Part shown: positions 28,046-39,356 of the stretch, in pieces
Layout: each line of letters begins with the position of its first letter
Numbering within the stretch: the stretch's first letter is position 1
Source: Desulfobacterales bacterium
GTDB taxonomy: Bacteria > Desulfobacterota > Desulfobacteria > Desulfobacterales > JAHEIW01
Direction of reading: 5' to 3'
Assembly (NCBI GenBank): GCA_020353355.1
Contig: CP070694.1
Coordinates: forward strand, 3,801,822-3,865,821
DNA: 64,000 bases
Notes under the pieces: generated by a model
What the model was told of the DNA's origin: nothing
Databases searched by the model: none
What the model saw: only the letters and a program-made list of their open reading frames with translations
Translations under genes and position numbers: made by a program

Positions 28046-29497
28046 ATGGATTTAAGAGGTCTTAGCGGAGGGCTTTATCAACCCCTTTCACCGGCAAATA
28101 TCGAAACCATCCACGAGGCGTCACTGACCATTCTGGAAAAAACCGGCATAGCATATGAGTCCGGTCTGGAAGCCACCATTGATTTGCTTGAAAACAATGG
28201 CGCGACTGTAGATAGAAGCCGATCAAGGGTTTTCCTTTCCAGAGACCTGGTCGAAACTCAGGCACAAAAGGCGCCTGAGCGGGTCGTTCTTTACAGTCGG
28301 GACGGAGACTATGACCTGGATCTCACTCAACACCGCGTTTATTTGGGTAGCGGCGGGGCGGCCATCAAAATTATAGATCTTGAAACCGGTGACGCCCGGC
28401 CTTCCACGTTAAACGATCTATATCAACTCGCGCGGTTGGTGGATAACCTGGACAACATCCATTTTTTTCTGCGCCCCTGCATCCCCACAGATATCCCTGA
28501 AGATGCCTATGATGCAAATGTTTTTTTCATGTGCTTAAAAGGCACGAGAAAACATGTCATGGCCGGTGTCAACAATGAAGAAGGCTTTCACACAGTATTG
28601 GATCTTGCTTCAATGCTGGCCGGCACGCACGATAAATTAACTGAAAAACCGTTTATCTCCATCATAGCTTCATTTGCCATCAGCCCCTTGAAACTTTGCA
28701 CGCAATCGACATTGATTATGCAAGCAGCCGTGCGCCAGCAAATTCCGGTAGCGCTTTCAAGTGCTCCGATGGCGGGTTCAACCTCGCCGCTGACAATGGC
28801 CGGCACTTTGGCCCAGCTGCATGCCGAACAGCTGGCCGGAATTGCTATTTGTCAATTAACCCACCCGGGAGCACCGATCCTGTATGGCGGTATACCCGGC
28901 ATGGCCAATTTACGAAACTTGGACTACTTAGGTGGCGCGGTAGAATTCGGCATGATGAATGCAGCCATCCACCAACTCGCTCACCATATCAACATTCCCA
29001 ACTATAACTCATCCGGTCTTTCGTACTCAAAACTCCCGGATGCCCAGGCCGGATGGGAAAAAGCATTAACAACAATTCTGGCGGCCATGGGGGGATCCAA
29101 TTATGTGCATCATGCGGCCGGTATGCTGGAGTCCATGTTGACGGTGGCCTATGAACAATATGTGATGGACGATGAAATTATTGGCATGTGCTGCAAGGTG
29201 CTGAAAGGAATCCAGGTGGATGATGAACATCTCGCCCTTGAGGCCATTGATGCGGTGGGCCCCGGAGGAACTTTTATTACTTCACCTCACACGGTGGCAC
29301 ACATGCACGATGAATTTTTTCAAGGCAACGGAATTTCGGATCAAAACAGTCGAGACATTTGGCAAGAAAAAGGTAAACAAGACGCCAGAACTCGCGCCCG
29401 CGAAATTGCAAAAACCATTCTTGCCCGGGAAGAAAAATCGCATATCGCAATTGACGTCGAACAGGCGATCCGGAAAAAATATGAGATATTGCTTTAA
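28046..29497 (+). CDS. MttB-superfamily methyltransferase, non-pyrrolysine type (quaternary amine:corrinoid methyltransferase candidate)
   Basis: Full-length MttB-family sequence (~480 aa) with no in-frame TAG. GAGGGAGA RBS lies before the ATG at 28046. Confidence 0.8.
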   Translation: MDLRGLSGGLYQPLSPANIETIHEASLTILEKTGIAYESGLEATIDLLENNGATVDRSRSRVFLSRDLVETQAQKAPERVVLYSRDGDYDLDLTQHRVYLGSGGAAIKIIDLETGDARPSTLNDLYQLARLVDNLDNIHFFLRPCIPTDIPEDAYDANVFFMCLKGTRKHVMAGVNNEEGFHTVLDLASMLAGTHDKLTEKPFISIIASFAISPLKLCTQSTLIMQAAVRQQIPVALSSAPMAGSTSPLTMAGTLAQLHAEQLAGIAICQLTHPGAPILYGGIPGMANLRNLDYLGGAVEFGMMNAAIHQLAHHINIPNYNSSGLSYSKLPDAQAGWEKALTTILAAMGGSNYVHHAAGMLESMLTVAYEQYVMDDEIIGMCCKVLKGIQVDDEHLALEAIDAVGPGGTFITSPHTVAHMHDEFFQGNGISDQNSRDIWQEKGKQDARTRAREIAKTILAREEKSHIAIDVEQAIRKKYEILL

Positions 29498-29605
29498 TTC
29501 TTTTTATGGATTGAGTTATGATGCCAAATTCATTGTTGGTGATAAAAACGAGATTGTTCTAAAACCAATCATTCCCCCGCTGGTTTTTAGAAAGGAGGCT
29601 TGATA

Positions 29606-31570
29606 ATGTCTGATACAGCAAAATGGTACGATGCACACCTGCCTGAATTTCAAAAAATTGCCTACATCAAATCAATGGATGAATATACCCATCTATATCA
29701 ACGATCCATTGAGGATCCGGATGGTTTTTGGTCGGAACAGGCCAAACGCTATCTGTCATGGGAAAGAGATTGGAATTTTGTTCTAAAATACGATTTCGAG
29801 GCAGCAAAAATAGCGTGGTTCGGGGGTGGCGTTCTGAATGCCACCTTCAATTGTCTGGATCGACATCAGGATACAATTAAAGACAAAGTGGCTTACTTCT
29901 GGGAAGGAGACGACCCGGTTGAATCAAAAGAAGTCACTTTCGGGGAGCTTTACAATCAGGTCAACCAATTTGCAGCCGTTTTAAAGTCACAGGATGTTCA
30001 AAAAGGTGATCGCGTTATTATCTACATGCCCATGATCGTGGAATTACCGGTCGCCATGCTCGCCTGCGCGCGGATCGGAGCCATTCACAGTGTTGTATTC
30101 GGCGGGTTCAGTGCCGAAGCGCTGACAAACCGCATTCAGGATTGCCAGGCAAAAATGGTGATTACAGTTGACGGCGGTTACCGCGCTGGAAAAGTGATCC
30201 CTCTGAAAAATACGGTTGATGAGGCGCTTAAAAATTGTCCGGATGTTGAAACCCTGATTGTCTTCAATCGAACCGGTCAGGCACTTGATCTCAATCCGCA
30301 ACGCGAGATCTGGTGGCACGAAGCCATCACCAATCCCGACCTGCCTTCCCAAATCCCCCCCGAGCCCATGGATGCCGAAGATCCGCTGTTCATTCTGTAT
30401 ACCAGTGGCAGTACCGGTAAGCCCAAGGGAGTAGTTCATACCCATGGCGGATATCTGCTTTACGCAGCCATGACCAATCGATTGGTATTTGACCTCAAAG
30501 ACCACGAGATCTTCTGGTGCACGGCCGACATCGGTTGGATCACCGGACACAGCTACACGGTTTACGGTCCGTTGATTAACGGATTCACCAGTATTTTGTT
30601 CGAAGGAGTGCCCTCATATCCGGATTATGGCCGCTTCTGGCAGGTTGTTGAAAAATATAAGGTAAATAAATTTTACACCGCCCCAACAGCCATTCGTGCC
30701 CTGGCCAAAGAGGGCTCGGAATACGTGGGAAAATACGATATTTCTTCTTTAACACTTCTCGGAACCGTTGGCGAGCCCATTAATCCGGAAGCCTGGCGCT
30801 GGTACTATCATTATGTGGGTCGCGACTGGTGTCCCATTGTGGATACATGGTGGCAGACCGAAACTGGCGGTCACATGCTCACGCCGTTGCCGGGGGTATC
30901 ACCGGTAAAGCCGGGCTCCTGCACCTTTCCATTCTTTGGGGTGGATCCGGTGATTCTCGATGATACCGGAGAAGAAGTGAAGTATCCGAATCAGGAAGGC
31001 TACCTTTGCATCCGCAAACCCTGGCCGGGCATTGCCCGCACTGTTTACGGCGACCATGATCGCTTTACCGAGACCTACTTCAGCAAAGTACCGGGGATGT
31101 ATTTTACCGGTGACGGCGCCAAAAAGGATGAAGACGGATATTTCTGGATCATCGGCCGGATCGATGACGTTCTCAACGTTGCGGGACACCGCCTGGGAAC
31201 CGCTGAAATCGAATCGGCCCTGGTGCTGCACGACGATGTCGCCGAAGCAGCCGTGGTGGGATATCCGCATCCCATCAAGGGACAGGGTATCTATGCCTTT
31301 GTCACATTAAACACCGGTGTAGCCAAAACCGATGAATTGAAGAAAGAGTTGGTACAGCTGGTTCGCTCTGAAATCGGACCCATTGCCACCATTGATATCC
31401 TTCAATGGGCGGATGGTTTGCCGAAGACGCGCAGCGGTAAAATTATGCGGCGAATTTTAAAAAAGATTGCCGCCGGCCAAACAGAGGATCTGGGAGATCT
31501 TTCAACCATTGCCGACCCCACAGTCATTGATGATCTGATTGCAGAAAGCCAGGATTTAAGAGCGGAGTAA
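29606..31570 (+). CDS. acs: Acetyl-CoA synthetase (AMP-forming)
   Basis: 654 aa with [19 protein letters not shown] and the C-terminal [11 protein letters not shown] motif containing the regulatory Lys. AAGGAGG lies 6 nt before the ATG. Confidence 0.9.
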   Translation: MSDTAKWYDAHLPEFQKIAYIKSMDEYTHLYQRSIEDPDGFWSEQAKRYLSWERDWNFVLKYDFEAAKIAWFGGGVLNATFNCLDRHQDTIKDKVAYFWEGDDPVESKEVTFGELYNQVNQFAAVLKSQDVQKGDRVIIYMPMIVELPVAMLACARIGAIHSVVFGGFSAEALTNRIQDCQAKMVITVDGGYRAGKVIPLKNTVDEALKNCPDVETLIVFNRTGQALDLNPQREIWWHEAITNPDLPSQIPPEPMDAEDPLFILYTSGSTGKPKGVVHTHGGYLLYAAMTNRLVFDLKDHEIFWCTADIGWITGHSYTVYGPLINGFTSILFEGVPSYPDYGRFWQVVEKYKVNKFYTAPTAIRALAKEGSEYVGKYDISSLTLLGTVGEPINPEAWRWYYHYVGRDWCPIVDTWWQTETGGHMLTPLPGVSPVKPGSCTFPFFGVDPVILDDTGEEVKYPNQEGYLCIRKPWPGIARTVYGDHDRFTETYFSKVPGMYFTGDGAKKDEDGYFWIIGRIDDVLNVAGHRLGTAEIESALVLHDDVAEAAVVGYPHPIKGQGIYAFVTLNTGVAKTDELKKELVQLVRSEIGPIATIDILQWADGLPKTRSGKIMRRILKKIAAGQTEDLGDLSTIADPTVIDDLIAESQDLRAE

Positions 31571-31615
31571 ACGCAAAATGCAAGAAGAATTGGTTTAGCT
31601 AAAGGCGATTCCGAT

Positions 31616-32092
31616 ATGCGCTGCATCGACAAACACGGAAAGTCGTTTGAGGTAAAAAAGTACCGCCTCGAAGACTATGCCGCCCTTGAAGCCATGTATG
31701 TGACCTTTTATCCCAAAGGCAAATTTCAGGGGATGCCTCCATTACAGGATGAGGCCAGCCGCAAATGGATCAACGGACTGCTTGAAAATGGAGAAAACTT
31801 TTTGGCCTGGCAGGATGGCATCATCGTAGGACATGTGGTCGTGTTGCCCGATTTCGATAAAGGTGATGCGGAGTATTTGATCTTTGTCAGGCATCCGAAT
31901 CGTGGACGAGGAATCGGCAGTGAACTCAGCCGCGCCGTCCTTCAACACGCCAAAAATCTCGGTTTGGAGACGATTTGGCTGATTGTCGGCGCCACCAACT
32001 TTCGAGCAGTCGGACTGTATCGAAAGTTCGGCTTCAGGTTTTGCAACTCTGATCTTTCGGAATCCGAACGCAAAATGATATTAAACCTTTGA
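31616..32092 (+). CDS. GNAT-family N-acetyltransferase
   Basis: Acetyl-CoA-binding motif RGRGIGSEL and the GATNFRAVGLYRKFGF region. Confidence 0.8.
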   Translation: MRCIDKHGKSFEVKKYRLEDYAALEAMYVTFYPKGKFQGMPPLQDEASRKWINGLLENGENFLAWQDGIIVGHVVVLPDFDKGDAEYLIFVRHPNRGRGIGSELSRAVLQHAKNLGLETIWLIVGATNFRAVGLYRKFGFRFCNSDLSESERKMILNL

Positions 32093-32100
32093 GATGTCCG

Positions 32101-33138
32101 ATGGCTTTGAAACTCGGTATAGTCAGAGACGATCGGTTTTTGGAACATATGCCGGGGCACACCCACCCCGAGCATCCCAGCCGGCTGAGAGCCGTACACC
32201 GCATGCTGGATACCGAATTGCCGGAAGGGTACGACGTCATACAGCCCCAACCGGCAACCCTAGAGGTATTGGAGCTCATTCACACCTCAGCCTATATTAA
32301 AAAGGTCTTGAAAACAGCTGATCACAAATTTACCAGCCTTGCACCGGATACCCCCGCCAGCGCAAAAACGTACTTATCTGCCTGGCTGGCTGTCGGAGGC
32401 TGTCTGAAAGGTCTGGAAGCCCTGGTTTCCGGGCAATGCGATGTCTGCTTTGCCATGGTCAGGCCTCCGGGCCATCATGCCCTTGCGGATCGCGCAGGCG
32501 GTTTTTGCATTTTTAACAATTTAGGCATTACGGCACGGTATGCTATCAATCAATTTGGTTTCCAGCGAATTTTAATTATTGATTGGGATGTCCATCATGG
32601 CAACGGCATTCAAGATTTGTTTTACCGGGAAAAAAAAGTTCTCTATTTCTCCACCCATGATATGCTCCTTTATCCTTATACCGGCAACCTGGAAGAAACC
32701 GGAAAAGGGTGGGGGCAGGGTTACACGATTAATATTCCCTTACCGCGAGATCTGAACGATGCGGACATCCTGCATCTCTACCGTGGTGTCCTCACGCCGG
32801 TTGTTCAAAGATACGTGCCGGATTTGATACTCATCGTCGCGGGCTTTGACGCGCACCATGAGGATCCCATCGGCAGAATGCAGATCACCGAATCTGCTTT
32901 TGCAGATTTAACCCGTTTGCTGCTCCATTTGAGAACCATGGTGGATGATCCACCAATTCTTTTTGCATTGGAGGGAGGTTACAGTAACAGAGGCCTTGCC
33001 AATTCGGTTCGCAGCGTTCTTAACATCCTGACGTCAAAGGCGGCACCGCAAGGATTTCCAAGCAGCGAAACGATTTTAGGGGCTCGACTTGTAGCAAAAG
33101 CCTGTGAAATTCATAGGCCGTATAAGGTGTGGACATGA
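32101..33138 (+). CDS. Histone deacetylase-family (AcuC/HDAC-like, Zn-dependent) deacetylase
   Basis: RPPGHHA, DWDVHHGNG, GFDAHHEDP and EGGY motifs. It starts 9 nt after the GNAT stop. Confidence 0.85.
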   Translation: MALKLGIVRDDRFLEHMPGHTHPEHPSRLRAVHRMLDTELPEGYDVIQPQPATLEVLELIHTSAYIKKVLKTADHKFTSLAPDTPASAKTYLSAWLAVGGCLKGLEALVSGQCDVCFAMVRPPGHHALADRAGGFCIFNNLGITARYAINQFGFQRILIIDWDVHHGNGIQDLFYREKKVLYFSTHDMLLYPYTGNLEETGKGWGQGYTINIPLPRDLNDADILHLYRGVLTPVVQRYVPDLILIVAGFDAHHEDPIGRMQITESAFADLTRLLLHLRTMVDDPPILFALEGGYSNRGLANSVRSVLNILTSKAAPQGFPSSETILGARLVAKACEIHRPYKVWT

Positions 33139-34865
33139 TCAAAGCCAAAATACCAGCAGCCAATCCCAACGCTAATCTCAAGTCTTATAAGGATACCTAT
33201 AAAACGTTTCAATGGGAGAATGTGGCCAAAGAATTCACATGGCATCACAGCGGCAAGCTCAACATCATTCATGAAGCCATTGATCGATGGGCACAGAATC
33301 CAACGAAACGGGACCAACCCGCGATCATATTTGAAAAAGGCAATCAATTAACCAGTTACACCTATGGCGATCTGCAAGAAAAATCCAGTCAATGGGCAAA
33401 TTTTCTTTCAGAGTGCGGGTATAAAACCGGTGACCGTCTGTTTATCTTTACACCTTCCTGTATGGAAGCCTATCTGGCCATGCTGGGGGCCTGTCGTCTG
33501 GGGGTCATTTTTTGCCATCTTTTTTCTTCTACCGGCTTTGATGATCTGGCCTTGCGCCTTGCCAATGCGAAACCCCGCGGCCTTCTTACGCATCCGGACC
33601 TTTTGGAGAGACTTCCGCCGGAGGCCAAAGAATTTGTCCAGCATGTTTTCTTAACCAAAGGCCCGCCAACCAACCTGTTTCCCAGGGAAACTATCATTGA
33701 ACACATACCCGATCAGATGCCCAAAACGTTTGAACCCGTATGGCTTGCGCCGACATCACCGCTTTATATGAATTATACATCCGGTTCTACCGGCCCGCCC
33801 AAAGGCATTGTCCACGTTCACAAGGACATGATGGGTATTTTGATTTCGGCGCGATACGTTCTTGATCTGAACGAGGGTACGATTTTGTGGGCTGATGCCG
33901 GTCCGGCCTGGGTAACGGGGACCGTATATGGTGTATTCGCACCACTGCTATGCGGGGCGACATCGTTGATTCAAGGTGATGAGTTTTCCGCTTCAAATTG
34001 GTATTGGGCTCTGGAAAAACATCGCGTTTCCGTTTGCTACACCACGCCCAGAAACCTCCTGTGGCTTAAAGCTGCCGGAGATAACCTGCCCACCCGCTAT
34101 GATCTTTCCAAGTTACGTCACATTCTAACAGTCGGGGCACCGCTGGTTCCCGACCTTTTCTACTGGGTCAAACAGAACTTAAACCTGTCCCCCCATGACA
34201 CCTATTGGATGACGGAAACCGGAATAATCAGCATCGCAAATTATCCATCCATGGACATCAAACCGGGATCCATGGGCAAGCCACTCCCCGGCATAGAAGC
34301 AGCGGTGGTGGATGAAAATGGTGAGCCTTTACCGCCCATGTCGACGGGGGAGTTGGCGCTGAAGGCGGGATGGCCCGGTATGATGAGCGACTTGTGGCAG
34401 GACAACGAGCGCTATCAGGTCTATTTTCGTTTTAAAGGCTGGTTTTTAACCGGCGATATCGTTATCAAAGATGATGACGGGTATTATTATCATCAGGGCC
34501 GCAATGATGACCTCATTAAAGTGGGCGGTGACAGAGTCATCGGTCCATTCGAAATTGAACAGGTTCTTTGCAAACATCCGGCAATCGACGAAGCTGCTGT
34601 CATTTCCAAAGGGACTGAACCGGGTGAAGGTATTTCATATTTAAAAGCGTTTATAACGATCCATCCGAAATATACCCCATCGGTGCGACTCAATCATGAA
34701 ATCAAGTCGTTTGTTACCGCCAATATGGCACCCGATTTTGTTATTAAAGAAATCACTTTTCTGAATGAGCTTCCCAAAACCCGCAGTGGCAAACTTTTAC
34801 GACGGGTTTTGCGGGCACAGGAATTGGGATTGCCAGGAGGCAATGCCCTCAAGATGAAGGATTGA
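33129..34865 (+). CDS. AMP-forming acyl-CoA synthetase, short AcsA-like type
   Basis: About 575 aa with YTSGSTGPPKG, WMTETG and the C-terminal PKTRSGKLLRR. It overlaps the deacetylase gene by 10 nt. Confidence 0.8.
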   Translation: MDMIKAKIPAANPNANLKSYKDTYKTFQWENVAKEFTWHHSGKLNIIHEAIDRWAQNPTKRDQPAIIFEKGNQLTSYTYGDLQEKSSQWANFLSECGYKTGDRLFIFTPSCMEAYLAMLGACRLGVIFCHLFSSTGFDDLALRLANAKPRGLLTHPDLLERLPPEAKEFVQHVFLTKGPPTNLFPRETIIEHIPDQMPKTFEPVWLAPTSPLYMNYTSGSTGPPKGIVHVHKDMMGILISARYVLDLNEGTILWADAGPAWVTGTVYGVFAPLLCGATSLIQGDEFSASNWYWALEKHRVSVCYTTPRNLLWLKAAGDNLPTRYDLSKLRHILTVGAPLVPDLFYWVKQNLNLSPHDTYWMTETGIISIANYPSMDIKPGSMGKPLPGIEAAVVDENGEPLPPMSTGELALKAGWPGMMSDLWQDNERYQVYFRFKGWFLTGDIVIKDDDGYYYHQGRNDDLIKVGGDRVIGPFEIEQVLCKHPAIDEAAVISKGTEPGEGISYLKAFITIHPKYTPSVRLNHEIKSFVTANMAPDFVIKEITFLNELPKTRSGKLLRRVLRAQELGLPGGNALKMKD

Positions 34866-34934
34866 TTCTAATTCACACGATGATGATATCTGCGATCCTG
34901 TTTACATTTAAAAGGCCGAATCAATGAGGGAAAA

Positions 34935-35639
34935 ATGCTTGAAACGGATACGATTTTTGTCGAGGCTGACCAATTAACGGTTTCCGCACAAGAGATCGGG
35001 CGCTATGCGGGCGGCAGCCGCTATCGATTGGATCTTAAGATGAAAGCGCTGGCTTCAGACATGCTCGTGAAAGCCGCGACGCTGGTGAAGCCTGTGTTCA
35101 CATATGCGCTTCATCCGGTAAAATCCATCGAACGACAAAATGGATTTCGCCTGCAGAGTGGCAGTTACGTTGAAGTTCCTTTAGAAGAAAATGACCCTCA
35201 GACTGTTTCCTTGGCGGCCGTAATTTGTACGTTAGGTCCTGAACTCGAAAATACAACTCAGCGCTTAATGCAAAATGGCGATTTGCTCACAGCCATGTTC
35301 CTGGATGCTGCCGGTGTGGCCCAGCTGGAAATGCTGGCGCATAAGGCCCGAATGTATATAAAAAAAAGGGGGGCAAACCTCGGCCTTTTTACAGGATGCC
35401 CGTTTGGACCGGGTTACAACAACATGCCCCTTGATACTCAAACCAATCTGTTTAAGCATGTGGATGCCGAAAACATCGGCGTTCGGCTGAATGATAGCGG
35501 TGTGATGCTGCCCATGAAATCCATCAGTTTCTGGTTGAGGGTAACCCAGAACAAGAAAGCGGCCGAAGATCACGGGAATAAATGTGAGAAATGTGCTATG
35601 CAAAACTGCTTGTATAGAAAGGTTCCATATAAAAAGTAA
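34935..35639 (+). CDS. Stand-alone methionine-synthase activation-domain-like protein (Met_synt_B12-like) with C-terminal Cys motif
   Basis: The core GCPFGPGYNNMPLDTQTNLFKHVDAENIGVRLNDSGVMLPMKSISFW resembles the SAM-binding reactivation domain of MetH. The tail is CEKCAMQNC. Confidence 0.55.
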   Translation: MLETDTIFVEADQLTVSAQEIGRYAGGSRYRLDLKMKALASDMLVKAATLVKPVFTYALHPVKSIERQNGFRLQSGSYVEVPLEENDPQTVSLAAVICTLGPELENTTQRLMQNGDLLTAMFLDAAGVAQLEMLAHKARMYIKKRGANLGLFTGCPFGPGYNNMPLDTQTNLFKHVDAENIGVRLNDSGVMLPMKSISFWLRVTQNKKAAEDHGNKCEKCAMQNCLYRKVPYKK

Positions 35640-35659
35640 TATCGCCATGGAGCTAATAA

Positions 35660-36304
35660 TTAATGAATTTTTACCATCCCCATCCAGTTTGTGAAAGCGC
35701 GCTCTCCAGCAGGATGCAAGCCCCATTCATCACCGGCGTGCAGCAACCCCTCCACCATAGAATATCCATATCCCCGAGAACACGCCAACAACATGGCAAA
35801 AACGTTATTGCTTTGCCCTAATAAAACGATCTGGCAAGGGACGCGAAGAACGGGGGCTTGAAAGAGACAGGGATAGTGCATCTTGGGAGAACCAAAATCA
35901 AGCCCGCATAATTTCTCCATCATCGCAAAGAGTTCTCGCCCCACGATTGCCAGAAGCAAATGGGCGTCCGTTGTTTCGGTAAAAGCCGCCATATCCGTCT
36001 GACCGACATGATCTCCAATCAGGTGCCAGCAAGCGGCTTGAGTGCGATTCATCCGATTAATCAGGATGCCTCTTTCAAAAAGGCAGCTTCCCGGCAGCTC
36101 CGGGATCTGAAGGCCCCAGGGCTGAATGGCTGAAAGATCTGAATCCTGAACATCCCATTTTTTGATATGGCTCAGATCAACCAAATAAGGTGCGTCGCCT
36201 TCATCTTCATAAGCCAAAACAACTTCCCAGCCGTCGCGCCTCTCGGTCTGGATTGTCTTTTTGGCAAACGATACCGGGGAGTATCTTCGCAGTGTATTCA
36301 TCAT
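35660..36304 (-). CDS. soxG: Sarcosine oxidase gamma-subunit-family protein
   Basis: About 210 aa of GcvT-like fold sequence in the canonical position downstream of soxA. Confidence 0.6.
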   Translation of the reverse strand: MMNTLRRYSPVSFAKKTIQTERRDGWEVVLAYEDEGDAPYLVDLSHIKKWDVQDSDLSAIQPWGLQIPELPGSCLFERGILINRMNRTQAACWHLIGDHVGQTDMAAFTETTDAHLLLAIVGRELFAMMEKLCGLDFGSPKMHYPCLFQAPVLRVPCQIVLLGQSNNVFAMLLACSRGYGYSMVEGLLHAGDEWGLHPAGERAFTNWMGMVKIH

Positions 36305-36440
36305 CTGACCTTCACATACCCTTCATTCCTTTTAAATCCGAAATCTAAAATAGACTCGGCTGCATTCGGCCTGAGCCGTTCGGCCCTGAGCTCACAGCCA
36401 AAGGGCTCATGTCGAAGGCAAGCCCCGAGCGCCTCGATCC

Positions 36441-39356
36441 CTAAATCCGTATCCGCTTTCCTTGAAGATCATAAAACGGTGTGGGGTTTACACGAGCGTA
36501 GATACGTCGATCGCCGCATCCGTCTTCATAAATTTCCAGACGTGTGCCTTCTTTTGACAAAGGCGCATCGACCAAGGCCAAACCGATCGATTCATTCAAG
36601 GTAACGCTGAAGCGTGAAATACAGATATACCCGCGTATCTTCGTATCCACCACCAGAGACCCGTCTTTCGGGACTTGTCCGGGTTTCTCCAGCTTGAATC
36701 CCACCAGTTTGAGCCGATCTTGCTGGTTTTCAGTCTGTCTCAGGGCAACAGCCCCCACGGTTTTGGCGCCGGGTTTGTCTCGATCCCAAAGGAATCCAAG
36801 TCCGACATCATGCAAGGTCGTGCGCTGTTCAGACTCGGAGCCGATGATAATGTGCCCTTTTTCCATCCTGAGCACGTTCTGGGCTTCCAAGCCGAAATTG
36901 CGGATACCAAATTCTCTTCCGGCCGCTTCCAGCAAGTTCCAAACAGCTGGCATGTAGGAGGCGGGGACATGCAATTCATAGGAGAGTTCGCCCACAAAGC
37001 CCAATCTCATGGCGCGTACAGAAACGTTTGCATTGAGGGTAAACTCACGAGAGCCGGCTTACGCTAAGGCTTCGTTGGAAAGGTAGGTATCAGCGACCTT
37101 TTCGAGGACCCGGAGTGCATTGGGTCCTGCCAGATTGATCACCCCGAAGACATCGGTGAGGTTGACCATATAAAAGTTCCACCCATCATAGCGCGTATGG
37201 TAACGAAACCATTCCACCGTGCTTCCGGCACGGCCGGTGGACGTCGTAAAATAGTAATCGTTTTCAGCGCGTTTTACAATCACGCCATCGTCGATGATAC
37301 ACCCATCCTCATTGCACATCGCAGAGTATTTGATCTTACCCTCGCAAACCCTGGAAATATCGCTGACATACATTCGTTGCAACGCCTTTAACGCATCCGG
37401 TCCCCAAATGCGAAACTTGCCCAAGGTGGAGGCATCCAGCATGCCGACGTTGTTGCGGACATTTTCGATTTCTTCACGGCAACTCAAATCCTGTGAAAAA
37501 TAACGCGCCCGCTGCCAGACCCCGATGCGGCGCATCATACCACCGGCCTTTTCCTGCATGTCATGCACCGGCGTGCGTTTGCACATATCATGCTTGCTTG
37601 CGGCATAGGTCGCTATAAAAGCAGGTACCAACGGCGCGCGAACCGTCGTCGCTTTCGTCTTTACGTCACCATCGGAATTGGTTTGGGCGATAAACAACGG
37701 GAGGTTGTGTCCGGGTATCCCCCCTTGACCGGGACCGGTACCCGCAGCCGTAAAACGCTTAACCAACTCCGGTTCGTCAAAGCCCATCTGGATGGCCTGG
37801 CGAATATTTTTAACGGTTGTATCCTCATCAAAGCAGATAAACGTCTTGCGGCCCTTTAGCGGTGCCGTCACCAATTTGCTTCCTCTTTGCGGCCCCGGAA
37901 GCCGGCTGAGTTCCTCCCGGGCCTCATTCAATTTACTTACATCCTGTCTGCCGCAATCGGCAGCCGCCGAAATTCCAGCCAGGCGTCCGGAGGCTTCAAT
38001 TGAAAGGGAATTGGTTAATCCCAGCAGACGGCCTGCAGCGTGCACCTGCGGGGGTAATTTTATCGGCAAGAAAAATCCGGTGTGATCATCGAAGGACAAT
38101 GTTGCCTGTAGCAGAGAAAGTGGAGCCGTCACCGGAGTCATTCCTGCTGAAGCGACCAAAAGATCACATTCAATATCCCGCTGCTGGCTTCCGTCAATAG
38201 GACTTAACGTTGCTTTTTTGACGGTCTTTCCGTGGGCCTGGACGGCTATCCATCCGCGCAAAAGCGGTATATTCCTTTCAGCCAACCGAGCTACCAGGTA
38301 TGCATCCTGGCCGTCTTCCCGGATATCGGCAAGACAGGGGATTTCAAGGCCCAAATCGAAAAGATCGATGGCCGCTTCTATCCCTAAATCATGTCCGACA
38401 CTGAATACCGCGCGTTTGCCGGGCAGCACTCCGAACGAGTAGGCCAGGCGATGGGCACAACCGATTTGTATGACGCCGGGACGTTCATTGTTTTCAAACA
38501 GCAGGGGCCGCTCGATACAGCCGGTTGCCACGATAATACTCTGCGCTTGAATTTCGATATAGCGTTCATCGAAATGATCTGTTTCAGTTCCTTTCTGGAA
38601 AGCGGTAATAAGGTTGTGATGATAGGCACCGATCATGGCGGTATGGGTGAAAATACGAACATTGGGTGTTTGTTCAAGTTGCTGCACGAGGTCCCGGGCT
38701 CGTCGGTAAAGGGGCACGCCGCCGGCATATTCGACCGTGCGGTAGTCAAAAAAACCTCCCAGCCACGGGCGTGATTCCAGCAGGATGACCCGTAAACCTT
38801 GCCGGGCTGCGGCCAGGGCTGCCGACATGCCGGCGGCACCACCCCCGATGACGCATACATCGGTCTGCGGATAGATCTCATCGTACTTCCCGGGTATGTG
38901 AAAATCGGGCGCGATCTTTCCGAGACCTGCGGCCTTGCGTACCTGTTTTAGTGCAATTGGCCAAATCCACGCCGGCTTGTGCAGGCTGCGGTAGTAAAAT
39001 CCTGCCGGCATCGCCCAATCCAATTTATCGAGAAATCCTAAAAGATCGAATTCAGGTGTGCCTTTCACATTTTGCGCGTTGACGGTCATGCCGTCTCTCA
39101 ACCGTGTCGTTTCAGCACAGACATTGGGTATGCGATCGACTTCCATAAAGGTATTACAGGATTCGCCGTCCAGGCTGTATAGCCCTCGGGGTCGATGATA
39201 TTTCAAGCTTCGCGAAAAAATGCGGATGCCGTTGGCATAAAGGGCGGTGGCGATTGTGTCTCCGCTTACCCCCTGGCATGTTTTGTTCTTATAGGTAAAT
39301 GAAATGGGGTGAGCGGGATTGATCCGCAAGGTGGGCAATTTTTCCAGCCTGTTCAT
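36441..39356 (-). pseudogene. soxA: Sarcosine oxidase alpha subunit, interrupted by one in-frame TAA (37059-37061)
   Basis: ORF 37059..39356 carries the N-terminal Fer2_4-like region, GGGAAGMSAALAAA and the start of the GcvT domain. ORF 36441..37010 carries FVGELSYELHVP and the C-terminal barrel. The two are in the same frame (51 nt apart). The 16 codons between the TAA and the ATG read AGSREFTLNANVSVRA, which continues the SoxA alignment. Confidence 0.85.
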
